A stretch of 64,000 nt of DNA from positions 32,001 to 96,000 of the forward strand of contig CAVXXK010000007.1 in the NCBI GenBank assembly GCA_963765675.1, written 5' to 3'. Shown one piece after another: positions 38,737 through 49,600 of this stretch. Within the stretch, counting starts at the first letter, position 1. Each line of letters opens with the position of its first letter. The DNA comes from an uncultured delta proteobacterium. GTDB taxonomy: Bacteria > Desulfobacterota > Binatia > Binatales > Binataceae. A program made the position numbers and the translations under genes. The notes beneath the pieces are model-generated. The model made no database searches. It had not been told where the DNA came from and was given only the letters and a program-made list of their open reading frames with translations.

Positions 38737-39513
38737 ATGGCGCTATATGACAGGATCGGAATCGGCTACGACACCACGCGATGCGCCGATCCGTACTTGC
38801 TGTCGCGGCTGCTGCACTTTCTGCGCCCAGTCCGCGACCGCTGGCATCTGGATGTCGGATGCGGCAGCGCGAACTACACGATCGCGATGCGCGAGGCCGG
38901 GGTTCGGATCGCAGGCCTCGATCTGTCTGCCGGGATGCTCTCGCGCGCGCACGCGAAGTGTCCCGCGCTGCCGGTGCATCGCGGCCGCGCCGAGGCGCTG
39001 CCGTTTAAGTCGGGCGCATTCGCGGGCGCAACCTGCACTTTCGTGCATCATCATATGGATGATCCCGTCGGCGCCTTTCGCGAAGTGCGCCGCGTGCTCG
39101 CGCCCGGAGCGCGCTTCGTCATCCTGAACGGCACCGCCGAGCAGCTTCGGCATTACTGGCTGAACGAGTATTTCCCCGAGGCGATGGAGAAGGCGACTGC
39201 GCCGTATGCGCGCTTCGAGACCGGCGATTCGCTGCGCGCGGCAGGCTTTACGATTGAGCAGACCGAGCTCTACGAGATTCGCGACGACCTGAAGGACTGG
39301 TTCCTGTACTGCGGCAAGAATAAACCCGAGCGCTATCTCGATCCGAAAGTCCGTGCCGGAATCTCGTCGTTTTCGATGGCTCCTGAGGAAGACGAGATCA
39401 CGCGCGGAGTGGCGCGGCTCGACGGCGACATCCGCAGCGGGCGGATCAAGGAAGTGATGCGGTCGTATGAGTGGGCCGGCGGCGACTACATGTTCACCGT
39501 CGCCGCGCGGTGA
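38737..39513 (+). CDS. Class I SAM-dependent methyltransferase
   Basis: LDVGCGS, GLDLSAGML, AEALPF. Confidence 0.9.
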   Translation: MALYDRIGIGYDTTRCADPYLLSRLLHFLRPVRDRWHLDVGCGSANYTIAMREAGVRIAGLDLSAGMLSRAHAKCPALPVHRGRAEALPFKSGAFAGATCTFVHHHMDDPVGAFREVRRVLAPGARFVILNGTAEQLRHYWLNEYFPEAMEKATAPYARFETGDSLRAAGFTIEQTELYEIRDDLKDWFLYCGKNKPERYLDPKVRAGISSFSMAPEEDEITRGVARLDGDIRSGRIKEVMRSYEWAGGDYMFTVAAR

Positions 39514-39519
39514 CGCTCG

Positions 39520-40305
39520 TCACACGCGGCACATCAGCGCGCCGTCGACGATGATCGATTCTCCGGTCACGAAGCCCGCGGCCGGGGAGACCAGATAGAG
39601 CAGCGCGCCGGCGAGATCGTCGGGCGCGACGAGCCGGTTCTCGGGCAGATACTTGAGCAGATTTTTCTTGAATTCCTCACCGGAGTTGGCGGGCGATGCC
39701 GCCTCGTCAAGCCATCCGGTTTCGATCGCGTTGACGCGGATGCCCTTGCGCGCCCATTCGATCGCGAGCGCACGGGTGAGATTCAGCACCGCCGCTTTCG
39801 CGGCGCAATAGAGGCTCGCATTCGGCACGCCGCGCTGCGCGAGGATCGAAGTTATATTGACGATCGTGCCGCCTCCCTGCCGCAGCATCACCCGGCCCCC
39901 TTCCTGGCACGCCATCCAGATGGTTTTGAAATTATCTTCGATTACCCGATCGAACGCGCTGTCATCGGCGTTTTCCGCCGCGCCGTACCATGGAGCATCG
40001 AGTGCGTTGACAAGGATATCCAGCCGGCCAAATTGCTTCGCGGCAAGGTCGGCGGTCGCACTGAGGTCGGCGCGAATCGCCGCGTTCTGGATCTGCAATA
40101 TTGGCTTGCCGCCCGCGGCCTGAACCGCCTTCGCGGTTTCCTTGAGCTGTGCGTCGGTGCCGGGCTCGCGCGAAGCGAGCAGGACTCTCGCACCCGCTTC
40201 GGCCAGCGTCACAGCAGCAGTGCGGCCGACAGGATGCTCGGCGCCAATCACGAGAGCGCCTTTTCCTTCGAGAGAAAAGCCAGTCTGAATCGCTTCCGGT
40301 GCCAT
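39520..40305 (-). CDS. SDR oxidoreductase (degenerate Gly motif)
   Basis: IVNITS, YCAAKAA, IRVNAI, FVTGESIIVDG. Confidence 0.88.
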   Translation of the reverse strand: MAPEAIQTGFSLEGKGALVIGAEHPVGRTAAVTLAEAGARVLLASREPGTDAQLKETAKAVQAAGGKPILQIQNAAIRADLSATADLAAKQFGRLDILVNALDAPWYGAAENADDSAFDRVIEDNFKTIWMACQEGGRVMLRQGGGTIVNITSILAQRGVPNASLYCAAKAAVLNLTRALAIEWARKGIRVNAIETGWLDEAASPANSGEEFKKNLLKYLPENRLVAPDDLAGALLYLVSPAAGFVTGESIIVDGALMCRV

Positions 40306-40321
40306 GATATTTCCCTCGAGC

Positions 40322-41116
40322 TCAGCTCGGTAGATTCGGAATCGCGCCGGTCGGGAGGATCCCGCCCGCCAATCCGCCGCCGTCGATCGCGATCAGCTCT
40401 CCGTTGATGTGATTCGAGGCGTCCGAGGACAGGAAGATCGCGAGCGGTCCGATCTCGGCGTCGTCGCCGGGGCGCCCGATCGGGATGAACTTGCCGCCCT
40501 TGAAAAAGCGCATCATCTCTTCGTTGTGCGGAAAGATGCCGGGCACGATGCAATTGGTCTGGATGTTGCTGAGCGCGTAGGTCAGCGCGAGCGAGCGCGT
40601 GAGCTGGATCACGCCGCCCTTCGAGCATGCGTACATGTAGTTATGTTTGCCGCCGCGCAGTCCGTAGCCGGAAGCGAGGTTGACGATCTTGCCGCGCTGC
40701 TGCTTGACCATCGCGGGAATCACGGCGCGCGCGGCGTAGAACTGGCTCGTCAGATTGGTGTCGAGGCCGCGGCGCCATTGCTCGTCAGTGATCTCCTCGA
40801 TCGTTTTGCCGGCGGTCTCGTCTCCGCCGCCGGCGTTGTTGATCAGAATATCGATCTTGCCCATTTCCTTGAGCGCCGCCGCCGCCATCGCGTTCACCGC
40901 GGCGGAGTCGGTCACGTCGGTCGGGACGATCAGGCACTTCCGACCGGTCTTGCGCACCAGCTCCGCAGTTTCGTCGAGCTGCGCTTGCGTGCGGGAGGCC
41001 GCAACGATATCTGCGCCGGCCTCGGCGAACTTCACCGCCATCGCGCGCCCGAGCCCACGCCCCGCGCCGGTGATGATCGCGACTTTGCCGTCGAGTTTCA
41101 GTGCGTCGAGAATCAT
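40322..41116 (-). CDS. SDR oxidoreductase
   Basis: TGAGRGLG, NNAGG, YACSKGG. Confidence 0.92.
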   Translation of the reverse strand: MILDALKLDGKVAIITGAGRGLGRAMAVKFAEAGADIVAASRTQAQLDETAELVRKTGRKCLIVPTDVTDSAAVNAMAAAALKEMGKIDILINNAGGGDETAGKTIEEITDEQWRRGLDTNLTSQFYAARAVIPAMVKQQRGKIVNLASGYGLRGGKHNYMYACSKGGVIQLTRSLALTYALSNIQTNCIVPGIFPHNEEMMRFFKGGKFIPIGRPGDDAEIGPLAIFLSSDASNHINGELIAIDGGGLAGGILPTGAIPNLPS

Positions 41117-41279
41117 GGTTTCACCTCGATGTAAGAACGAGCCTCGCGGCGCGCCCGCCTGCTAACTAACACAGCATCGGCGGACGGCAAAACCACCCGC
41201 GAAATTCCGCAGCGCGCTTTTGACGGCGCGAAACGACCAACCGTATAGTGATCTTGATAGTAACCCGGAGGCCGAATCG

Positions 41280-41903
41280 ATGCCGCTCAAAATCATGATG
41301 TTCTCCGATTTCATCTGCCCATTCTGCTACATCGGGTTCGAGGTAATCCGGCGGTTGAAGCCGGAGTTCGATCTCGAACTCGAATGGCGCGGCTTCCAGA
41401 TCCATCCTGATTGGCCGGCCGAGGGCCTGCCAGTGGAAAAAGAGCGCTCGCTGGGCGATATGGACGCGCGCAAGGAAGCGTGGAAGCGAATCGCCGCGAT
41501 GGCCGAGGCCGAGGGGCTGCCAATCAAGCCGCCCTCGATTTTCACCAATTCGCGCGCGGCGCTGCTCGGATGCGAGTACGCGCGCGAAAAGGGCAAGCCG
41601 GAAGAATTTGAAGCGCGGGTGTACCGCGCCTATTTCGTCGATGGAGAAAATATCGGCGACGAGAAGGTTCTCGCGCGATGCGCCGGCGACGCGGGGCTGG
41701 ACGCCGCCGAGTTCGCCACTGCGATCTGGTCGCCGCGCTATGACTTGCGCCTCAAGAACAACACGCTCGCGGCTAATCAGCGCCAGGTGACGGGTGTGCC
41801 GACATTTTTTATCGGCGAGTTCGCGATGGTCGGTGCGCAGAGCAGCGACACGACTCGGATGCTTCTAAAGCGTGTCCGCGAGCGTCTTTCGAACGCGCAG
41901 TAG
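41280..41903 (+). CDS. DsbA/FrnE-family thiol oxidoreductase
   Basis: SDFICPFCYIG, VTGVPTF. Confidence 0.9.
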   Translation: MPLKIMMFSDFICPFCYIGFEVIRRLKPEFDLELEWRGFQIHPDWPAEGLPVEKERSLGDMDARKEAWKRIAAMAEAEGLPIKPPSIFTNSRAALLGCEYAREKGKPEEFEARVYRAYFVDGENIGDEKVLARCAGDAGLDAAEFATAIWSPRYDLRLKNNTLAANQRQVTGVPTFFIGEFAMVGAQSSDTTRMLLKRVRERLSNAQ

Positions 41904-41941
41904 CCGCGTATCGGGAGATTCAGGTCCGGAGGCATGACACG

Positions 41942-42502
41942 TTGACTTTCTCCCCGCGTGAGACTCCGCGCCTGGTCTTGCGGGCGGTCGCGATCGACGA
42001 CTGGCGCGCGATTCACCGCTACATGTCCGATCCTCAGGTCACGGCATGGCTGCCGGAAGGTGTGATGAACGAGGAGCAGTCGCGAGCGTTCGCCATCAAG
42101 AACGCCGGCGACAAGCCCGAGGCGCTGGCGGTGCTCATCAGGGGCTCGAATGAGCTCGTCGGTCACATGGTGTTCCATCCCTGGAACGCGCCACACACGT
42201 ACGAGATCGGTTGGGTGTTCGGCCGCCAGCATCAGGGGCGCGGGTACGCGACCGAGGCCGCCAGGTCGCTCATTGCCTACGCCTTCGAGTCGCTCCACTG
42301 CCATCGAATCATTGCGACCTGCCAGCCGCAGAATCCCGCGTCGTGGCGGGTGATGGAAAAGCTCGCAATGCGTCGCGAAGGATACTTTCGCAAGTGCATT
42401 CTTCGCGCATCCGGCGAATGGTGGGATGAGTACTTCTACTCCATTTTGGAAGAGGAATACTTTGCCGATGCGGCCCACAAGCTGAAATATTCGGAGGGAT
42501 AA
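41942..42502 (+). CDS. GNAT (RimJ/RimL-like) N-acetyltransferase
   Basis: ETPRLVLR, EIGW, QGRGYATEA, NPASWRVMEKL. Confidence 0.92.
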   Translation: MTFSPRETPRLVLRAVAIDDWRAIHRYMSDPQVTAWLPEGVMNEEQSRAFAIKNAGDKPEALAVLIRGSNELVGHMVFHPWNAPHTYEIGWVFGRQHQGRGYATEAARSLIAYAFESLHCHRIIATCQPQNPASWRVMEKLAMRREGYFRKCILRASGEWWDEYFYSILEEEYFADAAHKLKYSEG

Positions 42503-42504
42503 CG

Positions 42505-42972
42505 ATGGCGAAATCGCTCGAACAGCGGATCCAGGAACTGGAGGATCGTGATCAGATCAAGGAACTCACGGCGCGATATTGCTGGCACGTCGCGCGCGGC
42601 GAGGGCGAGGCGGTTGCGGCGTTGTTCGCCGACGACGGCGCGCTCGAAGTCAACGACGGCAGCTTTCGCCCGGTGCGCGGCGGCGAAGCTTTGCTCAAGT
42701 TCTATCGCTCGGCGGTGAGCCAGCCGGAGCTCGCGATTCCGTTCATCCAGAATCACATCATCGAGGTGCATGGCGACGAGGCGCGTGGCACCTGCGGAAT
42801 CGAAGCGCGCTTCTCGCGCAATGGTGAAAGCGTCACTGCGGCTGGATACTACGAAGATCGCTACCGGCGCGAAAAAGGCGGATGGCGTTTCGTCGAACGC
42901 AAAATCACCTTCTGGCATTCGGTGCCGCTCAAGCAGGGATGGGCCGAAGCGAAGGCCGCCGCGAAGAAGTAG
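42505..42972 (+). CDS. SnoaL-like/NTF2 family protein
   Basis: LEDRDQIKELTARY, LFADDG, GYYEDRYRR..WRF. Confidence 0.88.
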   Translation: MAKSLEQRIQELEDRDQIKELTARYCWHVARGEGEAVAALFADDGALEVNDGSFRPVRGGEALLKFYRSAVSQPELAIPFIQNHIIEVHGDEARGTCGIEARFSRNGESVTAAGYYEDRYRREKGGWRFVERKITFWHSVPLKQGWAEAKAAAKK

Positions 42973-42986
42973 TACGCGATCGAGCG

Positions 42987-43757
42987 ATGGCCGGCGACAA
43001 TCAGAGCACGCAAACCTGGGTGCCTGAGCGCTACGCGCACAACGCGCGCTATGTCGCGACGTTCGCCGACCCGACGCTGCCGATCCTCGCGCCGGCTCGC
43101 GGCGAAAAAATCCTCGATCTCGGATGCGGCGACGGCTTCGTCACCGAGCGCTTAGTCGCCGCCGGCGCGAAGGTGGTTGGCGTCGATGCGTCGGCGGAGA
43201 TGGTCGAAGCCGCCCGTCGCCGCGGCCTCGACGCGCGCGCCATCAGCGTCTACGACCTCGAGTTCGATCGCGAGTTCGACGCGGTCTTCACCAACTCGGT
43301 GCTGCATTGGGTGCTCGAACCGGAGCGGGCAGCCGTGCGGATTTTTCGCGCCCTCAAGCCGGGCGGCCGATTCGTCGGCGAGTTCGGCGGCCACGGATGC
43401 TGCGCGGGCACGATGGTCGCCGCCGCCGCCGTGCTGAAGTCCCGCGGAATCGAGTTCGCCCGCGTCAATCCGTGGTATTACCCAACTGCGGCCGAGTATC
43501 GCGCGGTGCTCGAGGGCGCGGGGTTTGCCATCGAGCATATTGAGCTCGCGCCGCTGCCGATTCGGCTCGGCACCGGGATGGAGGGGTTCATCGCGACCTT
43601 CTGCGAGAATTTCTTTCGTCCGCTCGCGGCGGAAGATCGCCGCACCGCGGAGGCGGAAATAATCGAACTGATGCGCCCGTCATTATGCGATCGCGCCGGC
43701 AACTGGACGATGGATTTCGTGCGAATCCGATTCGCCGCGCGGCGTCCCCGCATGTGA
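42987..43757 (+). CDS. Class I SAM-dependent methyltransferase (Tam-like)
   Basis: ILDLGCGDG, FDAVFTNSVLHW, LKPGGRFVGEFGG. Confidence 0.9.
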   Translation: MAGDNQSTQTWVPERYAHNARYVATFADPTLPILAPARGEKILDLGCGDGFVTERLVAAGAKVVGVDASAEMVEAARRRGLDARAISVYDLEFDREFDAVFTNSVLHWVLEPERAAVRIFRALKPGGRFVGEFGGHGCCAGTMVAAAAVLKSRGIEFARVNPWYYPTAAEYRAVLEGAGFAIEHIELAPLPIRLGTGMEGFIATFCENFFRPLAAEDRRTAEAEIIELMRPSLCDRAGNWTMDFVRIRFAARRPRM

Positions 43758-43772
43758 TAAAGATCGGTAACG

Positions 43773-44000
43773 ATGGAACGGCAGCGGCGGCGGCTCGACC
43801 TGCGCGGCGTCAAATGTCCGCTCAACTGGGCGCACGCGAAGGTCAAGCTCGAAACGATGGAGCGTGGCGAGATTTTGGAGCTGATCCTCGATGACCCGCG
43901 CGGCGCGCGCGATATTCCCCGCGCCGCGGAAGCCGAGGGCTACTCGATTCTCGACTCGCGCGCCGCTGGCGGCGAAATTCATATCAGCATCGAAAAGTGA
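43773..44000 (+). CDS. TusA-family sulfur carrier
   Basis: LDLRGVKCPLN, LILDDP. Confidence 0.88.
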   Translation: MERQRRRLDLRGVKCPLNWAHAKVKLETMERGEILELILDDPRGARDIPRAAEAEGYSILDSRAAGGEIHISIEK

Positions 44001-44024
44001 CGAAGAAGATCGCGGGCATTGCCG

Positions 44025-45158
44025 ATGGCGCAGAAACACAACTTCGAAGTGATAATCATCGGCGGAGGAATTGCCGGCGCGTCGCTCGCCTATTTTCTCA
44101 CTCAACGCGGCGTCACCGATATTGTTTTGCTCGAACGCGAGACGCAGCACGGCTACCATTCGACCGGGCGCAGCGCCGCAACGCTGGTCGAGTGGGACTC
44201 GATCGCGCCGGTGCAGCAGCTCAAGGCCCAGGGCGGTGAATTCCTGAAAAATCCGCCGGCCGGATTCGCCGAAAATCCGCTGGTCGACAATTCGCAGGTG
44301 ATGCTGCTTTATCGCGACGGCATCTTGGGCGATTTCGCTGAATCCGCCGCCGGTCTCAAGCGCGATGGCGTCGCGTTCGAAGAGCTTTCTAGCCGCGACG
44401 CGATCGCGCGAGTTCCGGCTCTTGCGCCTGGTGCTTCAGCGCGCGCGCTGTTGCTCACCGGCGACGGCCGTATAGACGTTCACGAATTATTGACCAGCTA
44501 TCTGCGCAATGCGCGGCACGCCGGCGTCGAGATTCGCGTCGGCGCGGAAGCGCGCGAGATTGTCGTCGAGGGCGGGCGATGCCGGGGCGTCGCGACCGCT
44601 TCCGAACGGCTCACCGCGCGATTGGTCGTCGACGCGGCAGGCGCGTGGGCGGGCGAGATTGCGAAACTCGCGGGTGCATCGCCGATTCGGCTCGAACCGC
44701 GCCGCCGCTCGATCGTGCTGTTCGATCCGCCGCCCGATCTCGACGTGCGCGGATGGCCCTTCGTGATCAGCGAGGCCGACCAGGTCTACTTCGCGCCGGA
44801 ATCGGGCGGATTGATGCTGAGTCCGATGGACCAGATTCCGATGGCGCCGTGCGACGCGCAACCCGATGACGAGACGATCGCGGCGGCGATCGAGCGTCTG
44901 CGCGCGCTTGCGCCGGCGTTGGCACCGCGCACGCTCAAGCAGCGATGGGCGGGGCTGCGCACATTCTCGCCCGACTCGATTCCGATCGTCGGCGAGGATC
45001 CGCGCTTGTCCGGCTTTTTCTGGCTCGCTGGGCAGGCGGGATTTGGAATCGAAAGCAGCGGTGCAATCGGACAAATCGCCGCGGACCTGATCGCGCACAA
45101 ATCGACGAAGCGATTCGACGCCGCGGTGCTCTCGCCCGCGCGATTCGCGGCAAAATAG
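44025..45158 (+). CDS. FAD-dependent oxidoreductase (D-amino acid oxidase/DauA-like)
   Basis: IIGGGIAG, HSTGRSAA, AAGAWA, WAGLRTFSPD, AGQAGFGI. Confidence 0.9.
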   Translation: MAQKHNFEVIIIGGGIAGASLAYFLTQRGVTDIVLLERETQHGYHSTGRSAATLVEWDSIAPVQQLKAQGGEFLKNPPAGFAENPLVDNSQVMLLYRDGILGDFAESAAGLKRDGVAFEELSSRDAIARVPALAPGASARALLLTGDGRIDVHELLTSYLRNARHAGVEIRVGAEAREIVVEGGRCRGVATASERLTARLVVDAAGAWAGEIAKLAGASPIRLEPRRRSIVLFDPPPDLDVRGWPFVISEADQVYFAPESGGLMLSPMDQIPMAPCDAQPDDETIAAAIERLRALAPALAPRTLKQRWAGLRTFSPDSIPIVGEDPRLSGFFWLAGQAGFGIESSGAIGQIAADLIAHKSTKRFDAAVLSPARFAAK

Positions 45159-45189
45159 TGCGCGATTTACGCGCGCGGAGGCTTCCCTC

Positions 45190-46680
45190 ATGGCGGCGCA
45201 ATGGGATTTGGTGATTCGGGACGGCCTGGTTTTCGACGGCAGCGGCGATGGCCCGGTTCGCGCGGACCTTGCGATCAAGGGCGATCGGATCGCCACGGTC
45301 GGAGCCGTCGCGGGCGCTGGCGCGTCTGAAATTGATGCGCGCGGACATGCGGTGACTCCGGGCTTTATCGATGTTCATACGCACGACGACTTTGCCGTCT
45401 TCGCGACGCCCGAGATGGATTTCAAAGTGATGCAGGGCGTCACCACCGATGTGGTCGGAAATTGCGGACTCGGCGCCGCGCCATTTCAGATCGCGAAGCG
45501 GATGTTTGGCGCGATGCATCGCGACTCGCGGTTTCCCGAGTGGCAGGGGTACGCGGGTTATCTCGCGGCGGTAGATCGCGATCCCCCGAGCCTCAACGTC
45601 GCGGCTCTGGTTGGCCACGGAACGATCCGGCTGGCCGCGATGGGAATCGAAAAGCGCAAGGCGACCGCCGCGGAGACTGACGCGATGCGCGCGCTCGTCG
45701 CGGAGGGAATCGCGGCCGGCGCAGTCGGGCTTTCGACCGGTCTCATCTATGAGCCCGGACGCTACGCCGCGACCGAAGAGATAGTCGCCCTCGCGCGAGA
45801 GATGAGCGGAACTACTGCGCTCTATGCCAGCCACATGCGCAACGAGGCGGGCGATCTGCTCGATTCCGTTCGCGAGACGATTCGGATCGGCGAGGAGGCG
45901 GGTGTCGCCGTCCAGATCTCGCATCACAAGGCCTCGGGACAGGAGAATTGGGGGCGCGTGCGCGAGTCGCTTGGCCTTATCGAAGCGGCTCGTGCCAGAG
46001 GAATCGACGTTACCGCCGATCAGTATCCGTACACCGCGGGCTCCACGGAGCTTGGCGCCGTGATCCACAACGGCGCGCTCGACGACGGCCCCGCCCGCGG
46101 CGGACTCGGCAAGGTTCCTCCCGAGAAACTTCGCTTCGCGTCCACGCCGAGGCATCCGGAGTGGGAAGGCCAGGCGCTAGCCGCGTTCTGCGCGCGCTGG
46201 AATCTGCCTGGCCGCGCCGCGGCCGAACGGATATTGGCCGAGGAGCCGGCCGCGTTCGTGATCGTGGAGACGATGGACGAGGCCGACGTGCGCACCGTGC
46301 TGCGACATCCCACAACGATGATCGGCTCCGACGGCGTTCCGGCTGGAAGCAAGCCGCACCCACGGTTGTATGCAACTTTCGCTCGTGTGCTCGGACGCTA
46401 CGCGCGCGACGAGCATGTCCTAACGCTTGCCGACGCCATTCATCGAATGACCGGGATGCCGGCGCGGAAATTTCATCTCGCGGGGCGAGGGTTCGTGCGC
46501 GAGGGATTTTTCGCCGACCTGGTGATCTTCGATCCGGCGAAAATCGTCGATACCGCAACCTACGAAGATCCGCGGCGATATCCTGACGGGCTTAGCCACG
46601 TGATCGTCAACGGAACCGTCGTCGCGCGCGGCGGGCATCATACCGGTGCGCGGCCGGGACGCGCGTTGCGCCGCGAATAA
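45190..46680 (+). CDS. N-acyl-D-amino-acid deacylase
   Basis: PGFIDVHTHDD, GNCG, SHMRNE, QISHHK, IGSDG, PHPRLY, ADLVIFDP. Confidence 0.93.
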   Translation: MAAQWDLVIRDGLVFDGSGDGPVRADLAIKGDRIATVGAVAGAGASEIDARGHAVTPGFIDVHTHDDFAVFATPEMDFKVMQGVTTDVVGNCGLGAAPFQIAKRMFGAMHRDSRFPEWQGYAGYLAAVDRDPPSLNVAALVGHGTIRLAAMGIEKRKATAAETDAMRALVAEGIAAGAVGLSTGLIYEPGRYAATEEIVALAREMSGTTALYASHMRNEAGDLLDSVRETIRIGEEAGVAVQISHHKASGQENWGRVRESLGLIEAARARGIDVTADQYPYTAGSTELGAVIHNGALDDGPARGGLGKVPPEKLRFASTPRHPEWEGQALAAFCARWNLPGRAAAERILAEEPAAFVIVETMDEADVRTVLRHPTTMIGSDGVPAGSKPHPRLYATFARVLGRYARDEHVLTLADAIHRMTGMPARKFHLAGRGFVREGFFADLVIFDPAKIVDTATYEDPRRYPDGLSHVIVNGTVVARGGHHTGARPGRALRRE

Positions 46681-46695
46681 GCGGAGCGGTTGATT

Positions 46696-49600
46696 ATGCA
46701 GTGCGCTGCGTGCGGCACCGAGAATCCTGCCGGAATGAAATTTTGCGGCAACTGCGCCGCGCCGCTGCGTAACCGATGCCCGCGATGCGGCTTCGACAAT
46801 CCTCAATCGTTCAAGTTCTGCGGCGAATGCGCCGCGCCGCTCAGTGCCGGAAGTTCCGCTCGCCCGATGAGTGTTCCCGCCACGTCGGCTCCAGGAGCAA
46901 CTGTCAGCGTCAATCCCGCCACTGCCATCTCGTCCGCCGATGCTCAGGATGGCGAGCGCAAAACAGTCACCGCGTTGTTCGCCGATATTAAAGGCTCGAT
47001 GGATCTGATCGAAGACCTCGATCCCGAGCAGGCGCGAGCGATCGTCGATCCGGCTCTGGTCCTGATGATCGACGCAGTGCATCGCTACGAGGGCTATATC
47101 GTCCAGTCGACCGGAGACGGCGTGTTCGCGTTGTTCGGCGCTCCGATCGCGCACGAGGACCATCCGCAGCGCGCGCTGTACGCCGCCTTGCGGATGCAGG
47201 AAGACCTGCGAAAGTACGCGGCGCGCCTTCGAGCAGGCGGCAATCCTCCGGTCGAGATCCGCATCGGCATCAACACCGGCGAGGCGCTTATTCGTTCGAT
47301 TCGCACCGACGCGGAGCATACCGAGTACACGCCGATCGGCCATTCGATGAGCCTCGCGGCGCGGATGCAGACGCTGGCGCCCTCGGGTTCGATTGTGATC
47401 GCACAAGAGACCGAACGCATGGCGGCGGGGTATTTCGAGCTGAAGGCGCTCGGAGCGGCGCGGATCAAAGGCGTCTCCGATCCGATTGAGGTTTACGAAG
47501 TCATAGGACTCGGCCCGTTGCGCACGCGTTTGCAACGCTCGGCCAGCCGCGGACTCTCGCGTTTTGTCGGGCGTGTGGCCGAACTCGAGCAGATGAAGCG
47601 CGTCGCGGCGCTGGCCGCCGCCGGCCACGGGCAGATAGTCGCAGCGGTCGCGGAGGCGGGAGTCGGCAAGTCGCGCCTGTTTTACGAATTCAAGCAGACT
47701 TCGCAAAGCGGATGGCTGGTGCTCGAGGCTTTCTCGGTTTCGCACGGACGCGCGTCGGCCTATCTGCCGGTGATCGATTTGCTGCGCGGATATTTTCGAA
47801 TCGCGAGCGCGGACGATGAGCGCACGCGGCGCGAGAAGATCACGGGCAAGGTGCTCGCGCTCGATCGCGCGCTCGAAGACGCGCTGCCGTATGTGTTCGC
47901 ACTGCTTGGCGTTGCGGGCGCCGAATCCGCGATGGACGGGATGGACGCTGGTGTGCGCCGGCGCCGCACCCAGGACGCGATCAAGCGAATCCTGCTGCGT
48001 GAGAGCCTCAACCAGCCGCTGATGATCGTGTTCGAGGATCTGCACTGGATCGATGCTGAGACCCAGGCGCTGCTGAATCTTTTGGCCGATTCGATCGCGA
48101 CCGCGCGGGTGCTGATCCTTGTGAACTATCGTCCGACCTATCGGCACGAATGGAGCGCGCGCGCCCATTACACGCAGCTCCGGCTCGATCCGCTGGGCCC
48201 GGAGAATGCGCGCGAGCTGCTCGACGCGATCGTCGGCTCCGGCGTGGCGCTTGCGCCGCTCAAGGATCTCATCATCGCGCGCACCGAGGGCAATCCATTT
48301 TTCATGGAAGAGATGGTGCAGACGCTGTTCGAGCAGGGCGTGCTGGCCCGCGGCGCGTCCGGCGAAGTGACGATCGCCAAGCCTTTGCACGGGATTCAGA
48401 TTCCCGCGACGGTCAAGGGCATTCTCGAGGCCCGGATCGATCGGCTGCCGGCCGAGCAAAAAGATCTGCTGCAGACATTGGCGGTGATCGGAAAAGAATT
48501 TCATCTCCAGTTGATTCGGCGGGTCACGCGAATCGACGACGATTTGCTCGCCTCGATGCTCTCCGAGCTGCAGGCCGCCGAATTTATCTACGAGCAGCCC
48601 GCGCTGCCGGACGTGGAATACACCTTTAAGCATGCGCTGACCCAGGAGGTCGCCTACGATTCCGTGCTGCGCGAGCGCCGCCGCGCGATTCACGAACGGA
48701 CCGCCGCGGCGTTCGAGGAACTCTACGCCGCGCAGATCGAGGACTGCCTGCCCGAGCTCGCGAATCATTACGGCAAGAGCGGCAATATCGACAAAGCGAT
48801 CGATTATTTCGAGCGTGCCGCCGTGCAGGGGAGGGAACGCTCGGCCTACGACGACGCGATACAGAACATCAATTCCGCAATTGAACTTCTGGCGGCCACT
48901 CCCGATTCACCCGCTCGCACCCGGCGCCAACTCGCCTTCTATACCGAGCTTGGAACGATGCTGGTCGCGGTGCGCGGCTTCGCCTCCCCGGAATTGAAGC
49001 CGGTTCTTGCCCGCGCCAGCAAGCTGCTGGGCAAGGTCGGCGACTCGCCGGAGATCTTTCCAGTGATTATAGGACTATGGGGCGCGGAGTTCGCGCGCGG
49101 CCGGTTGTTTGAGGCGCGCGCTCTCGCGGAGCGGCTCACGGCGCTTGCGCGCCAGTCCGGTCTTCCAATTGCTATAGCCGGGGCCGCTTCCGCGATGGGC
49201 GCGACCAGCTTCTGGTCGGGCGACCTGAGCATCGCGCGCGAGAATCTCGAGATCGCGGTAGAAATCTACAACTCGGACCTCGAAACCTTCCTGCCTCTGC
49301 CGCACGTCGCCGTCGTGCCGAGCAGATGCCAGCTCTCGTGGCTGCTTTGGGTAACGGGCTATCCCGAACAGTCTGCCGCGCGGCTGGCGGAGGCTCGAGC
49401 TCTGGCCGAGCGGCTTGGGCGTCCGCACAGTATCGCGATGGCGCTGCAGTTCTCGATCGCGCTGGGCGGCTTGATGGGCGACGTCCGCGATATTCAAGCG
49501 AATTGCGAGGCGCTGCTCGAGATTTCCCACACCCACGGATTTCCGCAGTGGATAGGAGCTGGCGAGATGTCGCTCGGGACTGGACTCATCGAGTCGGGGG

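Noticed and set aside
46420-48768. 782-aa minus-strand ORF
   Set aside because: Antisense shadow of the adenylate cyclase gene.
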